Positions 8,958 through 16,200 of a stretch of DNA of 32,000 nt are shown one piece after another. The stretch comes from Propionibacterium ruminifibrarum. Lineage in GTDB: Bacteria > Actinomycetota > Actinomycetes > Propionibacteriales > Propionibacteriaceae. The stretch is from assembly GCF_900289195.1 (NCBI RefSeq), contig NZ_OMOH01000003.1, positions 236,697 through 268,696 on the forward strand, given 5' to 3'. The position numbers and the translations under genes were made by a program. Under the pieces are notes generated by a model, which was not told where the DNA came from, did no database searches, and saw only the letters and a program-made list of their open reading frames with translations. The stretch's first letter is position 1. Each line of letters starts with the position of its first letter.

Positions 8958-9863
8958 TCACAGGGTGATGAGTTCGCCGTGGCGGTGCGCCAGCCCGTCG
9001 GCCAGCAGGCCGTCCAGGGCGCGACGGGCCTGCGCCCGGTCCACGTCCCAGCAGCCGAGCAGCGTCTCGGTCTCGACGCCGGCCCGGTTGCGGCGCAGCT
9101 GGTCGAGCAGGCGGCCGCGGGCCTGACGGTCCGTGCCCGCGTACGCCTGCCCGCGCCGGGCCGGGCCCTCGTGGGCGGGCCGCCCTGCCGCCAGCCAGCG
9201 GCAGTGGCCGGCCACCGGGCAGTGGGCGCAGTCCGGGGCGGCCGCCGTGCACACCAGCGCCCCGAGTTCCATCGACGAGGCCGCCCAGCGGGCCGCGGTC
9301 GCGGCGTCCGCGGGCAGCCAGCGGGCCGCCAGCCGCCGTTCCGCGGCGGTCGTCGAGTTCGCCGGGTACTGCCTGCCCCGGTCGATGCGGGCCAGCACGC
9401 GCCGCACGTTCGTGTCCAGGACGACGGCCCGGGCGCCGAAGGCGAAACTGGCGATGGCGGCGGCGGTGTACTCGCCGACGCCCGGCAGCGCCCGCAACTG
9501 TTCGGGTTCGGCGGGCACCCGGCCGCCGTGGCGCGCGACGATTGCCACCGCCGCACCATGCAGGCGCAGGGCGCGGCGCGGGTAGCCGAGGCGCCCCCAC
9601 GCGGCGACGGCCTCACTCGACGGTTCGGCGGCCAGCGACGCCGGTTCGGGCCAGCGGCGCAGCCAGGCGCGCCAGGGCTCGATGACGCGGGCCACCGGTG
9701 TCTGCTGGGTCATGAACTCGCTGACCATCACCCCCCACGGGCCCACCGACGGGTCGCGCCACGGCAGCGGGCGCGCCGCGGTGGTGAACCACTGCGCGAC
9801 GGTCCCGACGATCCGGGCGCGCTCTGCGGGGCCTGGTGCGGCGGCGGGCTTGTCGGCGGGCAT
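8958..9863 (-). CDS. mutY: A/G-specific adenine DNA glycosylase MutY
   Basis: HhH-GPD motif LPGVGEYTAAAIASFAFG, catalytic VLDTNVRRVL, and 4Fe-4S ligands C-x6-C-x2-C-x5-C (CTAAAPDCAHCPVAGHC). Confidence 0.9.
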   Translation of the reverse strand: MPADKPAAAPGPAERARIVGTVAQWFTTAARPLPWRDPSVGPWGVMVSEFMTQQTPVARVIEPWRAWLRRWPEPASLAAEPSSEAVAAWGRLGYPRRALRLHGAAVAIVARHGGRVPAEPEQLRALPGVGEYTAAAIASFAFGARAVVLDTNVRRVLARIDRGRQYPANSTTAAERRLAARWLPADAATAARWAASSMELGALVCTAAAPDCAHCPVAGHCRWLAAGRPAHEGPARRGQAYAGTDRQARGRLLDQLRRNRAGVETETLLGCWDVDRAQARRALDGLLADGLAHRHGELITL

Positions 9864-10012
9864 GCCGGCAAGCCTATGCGAGACGGCCGGCTGCGACGGC
9901 TGGGCAGCTGCGGGTCGCGGCGGCCCTGGTTCGCCATCGGCCTGCTCCGAGGGGCGGATTGAGCGCGGCGACGAGGCGCGTCGCGTGCGACGCGGGCCGC
10001 GGCGCCCTTAGC

Positions 10013-10627
10013 ATGAGGGGCATGAACACACTCCTGCACCCGCAGGGGCCCGAGGGCGAGGCCGTGTACTGGCGCCGCCGCGCCGTGATCATGTTCATCG
10101 TCATCGCGATCATCGCGGCCATCAGTCTCATCGTGGGCCGCGTGCGAGGCGACGGAGACGGCGCCGAGGCCGTCGGCACCGCGAACCCGGGAACGACCGC
10201 ACAGGCGCAGGAGCCCGGCACGGTCCCCGAACCCACCGACGACGGCCAGTGCGTCCTGGACGACGTGGTCCTGGACGTCACCGCACCCGACGGCACCGAG
10301 GCCGGCCAGGCCGTTGAACTGACCGTGCACCTGGCCGCCAGCGCCGGGACCCCGTGCTCGCTCGACCTCGACGAGCACGCCCTGTCCGTCACGGTGAACT
10401 CGGGAACGGACGAGTACTGGAGCACCGCCACCTGCACCGACGCGGCACCGGCCGGGCAGCTCGCACTCATGGGCGCCGACCCGGTGCCGTTGACCATCAC
10501 CTGGCCGGGCACGCGCGTCGCTGAGGGCTGCTCCGACACCGGTGAGGCCGCTGCCGCGGGCAGCTACGCCGTGACCGTCGAGATCGACGGCGGCGGCTAC
10601 GCCACCTCGCAGTTCGCGCTGGTCTGA
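10013..10627 (+). CDS. Membrane-anchored conserved hypothetical protein (one N-terminal TM helix, Cys-containing extracytoplasmic domain)
   Basis: The ORF is in frame from the ATG at 10013 (alternative 10022). The TM segment is AVIMFIVIAIIAAISLIV, followed by a Pro/Thr/Gly linker and a beta-rich domain with 4 Cys. It occupies the same position (between mutY and radA) as the mycobacterial Rv3587c-type membrane protein. This assignment is positional only. Confidence 0.6.
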   Translation: MRGMNTLLHPQGPEGEAVYWRRRAVIMFIVIAIIAAISLIVGRVRGDGDGAEAVGTANPGTTAQAQEPGTVPEPTDDGQCVLDDVVLDVTAPDGTEAGQAVELTVHLAASAGTPCSLDLDEHALSVTVNSGTDEYWSTATCTDAAPAGQLALMGADPVPLTITWPGTRVAEGCSDTGEAAAAGSYAVTVEIDGGGYATSQFALV

Positions 10628-10664
10628 GAAACCGGCGGCCCCGGGCGTGGGGAGCGGGCGGCCG

Positions 10665-12065
10665 TCACTCCGGGTCGCCGGCGCCCCTGCGGTTCGGCCT
10701 GCGCAGGTCGAGCACGCCGAGGGCCTGGGCGACACTGGTGACCTCGACGACCTCGAGACGGCCGGGGAGCGGGGCCCTGCGGTCCCGACTGTTCGCCGGG
10801 ACGACGGCCAGTTCGAAACCGAGCCTGGCGGCCTCGGCGAGGCGACGTTCGAGGCCCGGCACGCGGCGCAGGTCACCTGCCAGGCCGACCTCGCCGAGGG
10901 CGAGCACCTTGTGCGGGAAGTTGCGGTCGACCAGTGCCGAGGCGACGGCGATCGCCACCGCCAGGTCGGCGCTCGGATCGGTGATGCGCGCACCACCGAC
11001 GGTGCTCACGTAGACGTCCCGGTCGAACAGACGCAGCCGCGCCTTCGACTGCAGGACGGCGAGCACCATCGAGACGCGGGAGAACTCGATGCCGCTGGTG
11101 ACCCGGCGCACCGGCACCTCCTTGCGCACCTTGGCGGCCAGGCCCTGCACCTCGGCGAGCAGCGGACGGCGCCCCTCCATCGTCACGGTGACGCAGGTGC
11201 CCGGCACCGGCTCGTCGTGGCGGGTGGTGAACAGGCCCGACGGATCGGGCACCTCGACGATGCCGTTCTCGGCCATCTCGAAGCAACCCACCTCGTCGGA
11301 GGGGCCGTAGCGGTTCTTGACGGCCCGCACCATGCGGAAACCAGAGTGCCGGTCGCCCTCGAAGTTGAGGACGACATCGACCAGGTGCTCGAGGGTGCGG
11401 GGCCCGGCGATCGCGCCGTCCTTCGTGACGTGCCCGACGATGATGACGGCCATGCCGCGGGCCTTCGCGACACGCACGAGGGCGGCGGTCACCTCGCGCA
11501 CCTGCGCCGAACCGCCCATGATGCCGTCGGTCTGGGCGGCGCCGACCGTCTGGATGGAGTCGAGCACCAGAAGGGTGGGTTCGGTCTGCTCGATGTGGCC
11601 GAGCACGGTGCCGAGGTCGTTCTCGGCCGCCAGGTACAGTTCGTCGGCCAGCGCGCCGGTGCGCTCGGCGCGCAGCCTCACCTGCGAGGCCGACTCCTCG
11701 CCAGTGATGTACAGCGTGCGGCTGCCGCCCCGCGCCCACTGCGCCGCGACCTCGAGCAGCAGCGTCGACTTGCCGACGCCCGGCTCACCGGCCAGCAGCG
11801 CGACGACACCGGGCACCAGGCCGCCCCCGAGAACACGGTCGAGCTCACCGATGCCCGTGAGGCGGCGGTTGACCGCCTGCGCGGAGACCTGCGCGATCGG
11901 CACCGCCTTCGACGCCGGTTCCTGCGAGGCGACCGATGCCGGCGCGGGGGCGTCGCGCTCGACGACGCTGCCCCAGGTCTGGCACCGCCCGCAACGCCCG
12001 ACCCACACCGGGCTCGTCCACCCGCACTCGCTGCACCGGTAGGCGTCTTGCTGTTTCCTGGCCAT
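10665..12065 (-). CDS. radA: DNA repair protein RadA/Sms
   Basis: N-terminal zinc finger CSECGWTSPVWVGRCGRC, Walker A LLAGEPGVGKSTL, the RadA-specific KNRYGP motif, and a Lon-protease-like C-terminal domain. Confidence 0.95.
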   Translation of the reverse strand: MARKQQDAYRCSECGWTSPVWVGRCGRCQTWGSVVERDAPAPASVASQEPASKAVPIAQVSAQAVNRRLTGIGELDRVLGGGLVPGVVALLAGEPGVGKSTLLLEVAAQWARGGSRTLYITGEESASQVRLRAERTGALADELYLAAENDLGTVLGHIEQTEPTLLVLDSIQTVGAAQTDGIMGGSAQVREVTAALVRVAKARGMAVIIVGHVTKDGAIAGPRTLEHLVDVVLNFEGDRHSGFRMVRAVKNRYGPSDEVGCFEMAENGIVEVPDPSGLFTTRHDEPVPGTCVTVTMEGRRPLLAEVQGLAAKVRKEVPVRRVTSGIEFSRVSMVLAVLQSKARLRLFDRDVYVSTVGGARITDPSADLAVAIAVASALVDRNFPHKVLALGEVGLAGDLRRVPGLERRLAEAARLGFELAVVPANSRDRRAPLPGRLEVVEVTSVAQALGVLDLRRPNRRGAGDPE

Positions 12066-12414
12066 GAGTCAAAGGTACGGGCCGGCACCGACATTCCCGG
12101 CCCGGCCCGGGGCGGGCCGCTCACCGCCGCACGTCGCCGGCCCATCCGCGCGCCGCGGCCGCCTCACCTGGGACCAGGTGTGCCTCAACACCCCCCGGGG
12201 CCTGTCCTCGCGCCCGCCGACGCCGCCACGCGAACCATCTCGACCACGAGCGGCGAGGACCCATCCGGTCGCGTGCCGGCGCACTGCTGCCATCGCCGGG
12301 CCGCCCGCCCGCGGGGTCCACTACCCTTGAGCGAGACCGGGCGGTGCGGGGCGGGCGCCGCGTGGTCGTTCGAGCCCAGTGGTGCCGCGGCACCCCGACA
12401 CGAGCGGAGCGGTG

Positions 12415-13332
12415 ATGCGACGGATGCTCATGCGCCTGTCACGGCTCGACGGTTTCCGCCGCCTGCTCGTCGAGGCTCCCGCGACCCGCGAACTGATCGG
12501 ACGCTACGTCGCCGGCGAGACGCTCGACGACCTCACCGAGGTGCTCGCCGACCAGCGGTACAAGGGCCTGGCGGTCAGCGTCGACGCGCTGCTGCCCGAG
12601 GCCGCCGGCGAAACCACGGCCGGCACCAATGAACGCTCCTACCTGGGCTGCCTCGACGCGCTCGCCGAGGCCGGGTTGAGCGCCGGCGCCGACATCAACG
12701 TCAAACCCTCCGCGCTCCTCGCCCCGGCGGGGGACCGCGAGGGGCTGTACGCCCGGCTGGCCCGCATCTGCGCCGCTGCGACCGGTGCGGGCGCCGACGT
12801 CACGGTCAACGTGGGCGGGCCGGACGAGGTCGAACCCGCCCTGGAGGTGACCGAGCGGCTGCGCGGGGACTTCCCGCGCACCGGCATCGTCCTGCTGGCC
12901 GGCCTGCGCCGCACCGAGTCCGACTGTCGGGCACTGGCCGCCGCCGGCGCCCGGGTCCGGCTGTGCAAGGGCGACAGGGGCGCCGGCCGCGACGTGTTCG
13001 GGAGCAGGCACGCCGTCGACCTGTCGTACGTGCGCTGCCTGCGCGTGCTCATGGCCTCCGGCGCCTACCCGGTCGTCGCCACCCACGATCCGCGGCTCGT
13101 CGAGATAGCCCTCGACCTGGCCGCACAGCACCACCGCGGACCGGCCGACCACGAGTTCCAGATGCTCTACGGGGTGCGCCCCCTCGAGCAGCGCCGCCTG
13201 GCCGACATCGGCCGGACGATGCGCACCTGCGTGCCCTTCGGCCCGGGCTGGTACGCCTACTTCCTGCAGCGCGTCGCCGACCACCCGGCCAACGGGGCGC
13301 TGTACGCCCGCAGCCTGCTGGGGCGGCGATGA
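12415..13332 (+). CDS. Proline dehydrogenase (monofunctional PutA-like)
   Basis: IGRYVAGETLDD, a TIM-barrel-like pattern through VATHDPRLV, and FQMLYGVRP are typical of proline dehydrogenases. The ATG at 12415 has GGAGCGG upstream. Confidence 0.85.
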   Translation: MRRMLMRLSRLDGFRRLLVEAPATRELIGRYVAGETLDDLTEVLADQRYKGLAVSVDALLPEAAGETTAGTNERSYLGCLDALAEAGLSAGADINVKPSALLAPAGDREGLYARLARICAAATGAGADVTVNVGGPDEVEPALEVTERLRGDFPRTGIVLLAGLRRTESDCRALAAAGARVRLCKGDRGAGRDVFGSRHAVDLSYVRCLRVLMASGAYPVVATHDPRLVEIALDLAAQHHRGPADHEFQMLYGVRPLEQRRLADIGRTMRTCVPFGPGWYAYFLQRVADHPANGALYARSLLGRR

Positions 13333-14156
13333 GCGTTCACGGAACGGCTGCGGAGCCGGCCGGCCGCGGCGCGGTGGTGGCCTCGGGTGCGACGGCCGCG
13401 CGGCGCCGCCCCCACCTGGGGCTGGAGACCCTCGGCGTGCTCGCCGTCTGCCTCGGCCAGTCGGCCGTCTACTCGGTGCTGTCGATCCTCAACAAGCTGA
13501 CACTGGGCCCGGCCCTCAACGAGCAGACGACCACCATCAACAACTCGGCGACCCCCGACCGGCCCTGGCTCGACCTCGCCTACAAACTGGCCGACTACCT
13601 CTTCCTCGCCGCGCCCGTGGTCATCGTCCTGTACCTGCTGGCCACCGTGTGGCGTCCCGGCCGTGACCCGTGGCGGGCCATCGGCCTGGACGCCGGGCGC
13701 CTGGGCCGCGACGCCACCATCGGCGCCGGACTGGCGGCGGCCATCGGCGTCCCCGGCCTGGGCTTCTACGTCCTCGCCCGATGGATCGGCATCAACACGA
13801 CCGTGGCGGCCGGCAACCTGTCGGAGCACGCCTGGACCGTCCCGCTCTACGTCCTGGCGGCCTTCGCGAACGGGCTGCTCGAGGAAACCGTCATGGTCGC
13901 CTATCTGCTCACCCGCTGGCGCCAGTGCGGCTGGCACCCGGGCGCCGCCATCGCGGTCAGCGCCCTGATCCGCGGCGCCTACCACCTGTACCAGGGCTTC
14001 GGCGGTTTCATCGGCAACGCCGTGATGGGCGTCGCCTGCTGCCTGTACTGGCGCCGAACGGGACGGCTGTGGCCGCTCGTCATCGCGCACACCCTGCTCG
14101 ACGTCGTCAGCTTCGTCGGATACGCCCTGCTGCACGACGCGGTGAGCTGGCTCTGA
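13329..14156 (+). CDS. CPBP-family intramembrane glutamic endopeptidase (CAAX protease-like)
   Basis: Polytopic membrane protein with the CPBP motifs LLEETVMVAYL (EExxx), RGAYHLY and AHTLLDV. Its ATG overlaps the proline dehydrogenase stop (ATGA at 13329-13332). Confidence 0.85.
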   Translation: MSVHGTAAEPAGRGAVVASGATAARRRPHLGLETLGVLAVCLGQSAVYSVLSILNKLTLGPALNEQTTTINNSATPDRPWLDLAYKLADYLFLAAPVVIVLYLLATVWRPGRDPWRAIGLDAGRLGRDATIGAGLAAAIGVPGLGFYVLARWIGINTTVAAGNLSEHAWTVPLYVLAAFANGLLEETVMVAYLLTRWRQCGWHPGAAIAVSALIRGAYHLYQGFGGFIGNAVMGVACCLYWRRTGRLWPLVIAHTLLDVVSFVGYALLHDAVSWL

Positions 14157-14210
14157 ACGGGACCGGCATCCACGGGGCGGCCCCAGCCCTCGGCACCGGG
14201 GGGCGCGTTT

Positions 14211-15260
<1,050 letters not shown>

Positions 15261-15262
15261 CG

Positions 15263-16102
15263 ATGACATCGGCACAGGAGACCCGGGCGGGAGAGGCCGC
15301 CGCCCCGCCCCGCCTGGGTTTCCTGGGTGCCGGCACCATGGGCGGCACCATCGTCGCCGGACTGGTCGCCTCGGGACACCCGGGTGAGCTGATCGGCGTC
15401 ACAAGCAGCACCCCGGCCACTCGCGAACGGCTCGCCGAGCAGCTGGGGGTGCGTCCCTTCGAGACCAACACCGGGGCCGCCGCCTGGGCCGACGTCGTCG
15501 TCCTCGGCGTCAAGCCCCATGCGGCCGGCGAACTCCTCGACGAGGTCCGCGCCCAGCTCGGCGACCAGAAACTCGTCATCAGCCTCTGCGCCGGACTGAC
15601 CACCGCGGCCCTCGAATCCCACCTCGATCCGGGGGCGCGCCTGGTGCGCGTCATGCCCAACACGCCCTCGGCCGTCGGAGCCGGCATGGCCGGCATCAGC
15701 GCCGGCTCCTGCGCCACCCGGGACGACCTCGACACCGCCGTCGCCCTGATGAGCGCCGTCGGCAGGGCCGTCGTGGTGCCCGAGTCGCAGCAGAACGCCC
15801 TCGCCGCCCTCAGCGGCTCCGGGCCGGCCTGGGTGTTCCACGGCATCGAGGCGCTCATCGAGGCGGGCGTCGCCCAAGGCCTGCCCAGGAGCCTCGCCAC
15901 CGAACTGGTCGTCCAGACCGTCAGGGGCTCGGCCCAACTGCTCGACGAGACCGGTCAGCACCCCTCCCTGGCCCGCGAGGCGGTCACCTCGCCCGGCGGC
16001 ACCACGGCGGCCGGGCTGCGCGTGCTCGACCAGCGGGCCGTGCGCGCGGCCGTCGTCGACGCGGTCGACGCCTGCGTCCGGCGCGCCGAGCAACTCGGCT
16101 GA
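15263..16102 (+). CDS. proC: Pyrroline-5-carboxylate reductase
   Basis: LGFLGAGTMGGTIVAGL NAD(P)-binding motif and VTSPGGTTAAGL C-terminal signature. It starts 2 nt after the asd stop. Confidence 0.95.
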   Translation: MTSAQETRAGEAAAPPRLGFLGAGTMGGTIVAGLVASGHPGELIGVTSSTPATRERLAEQLGVRPFETNTGAAAWADVVVLGVKPHAAGELLDEVRAQLGDQKLVISLCAGLTTAALESHLDPGARLVRVMPNTPSAVGAGMAGISAGSCATRDDLDTAVALMSAVGRAVVVPESQQNALAALSGSGPAWVFHGIEALIEAGVAQGLPRSLATELVVQTVRGSAQLLDETGQHPSLAREAVTSPGGTTAAGLRVLDQRAVRAAVVDAVDACVRRAEQLG

Positions 16103-16144
16103 GCCCCTCACACCGGAAAAATCCGACACGCAGGAAGCCGAATC

Positions 16145-16200
16145 GGAATTTTCCTACATGGAGTGTAGGAATTTTCCTACACTCCATGTAGGATTTTTCC
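16145..16200. repeat. Two 23-bp tandem units plus a partial third, equivalent to a perfect 17-bp inverted repeat. Probable proC terminator overlapping the promoter/operator of the next gene.
   Basis: Units: GGAATTTTCCTACATGGAGTGTA (16145-16167), GGAATTTTCCTACACTCCATGTA (16168-16190) and GGATTTTTCC (16191-16200). Arms CCTACATGGAGTGTAGG (16153-16169) and CCTACACTCCATGTAGG (16176-16192) are exact reverse complements with spacer AATTTT. The hairpin is followed by ATTTTTCC and then the ATG at 16201. A fourth GGAAAAATCC copy lies at 16115-16124. Confidence 0.85.

Noticed and set aside
10647-12632. 661-aa plus-strand ORF overlapping radA
   Set aside because: It is antisense to a full-length, motif-complete radA and its translation is low-complexity. 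It is a GC-bias artefact.
16145-16200. GGAATTTTCC decamers resembling a eukaryotic kappa-B site; possible invertible-switch or CRISPR-like repeat
   Set aside because: The similarity to a eukaryotic transcription-factor site is coincidental in a bacterium. There are only two and a half units with no unique spacers, so it is not CRISPR. There is no adjacent recombinase and the arms are only 6 bp apart, so it is not an invertible promoter.
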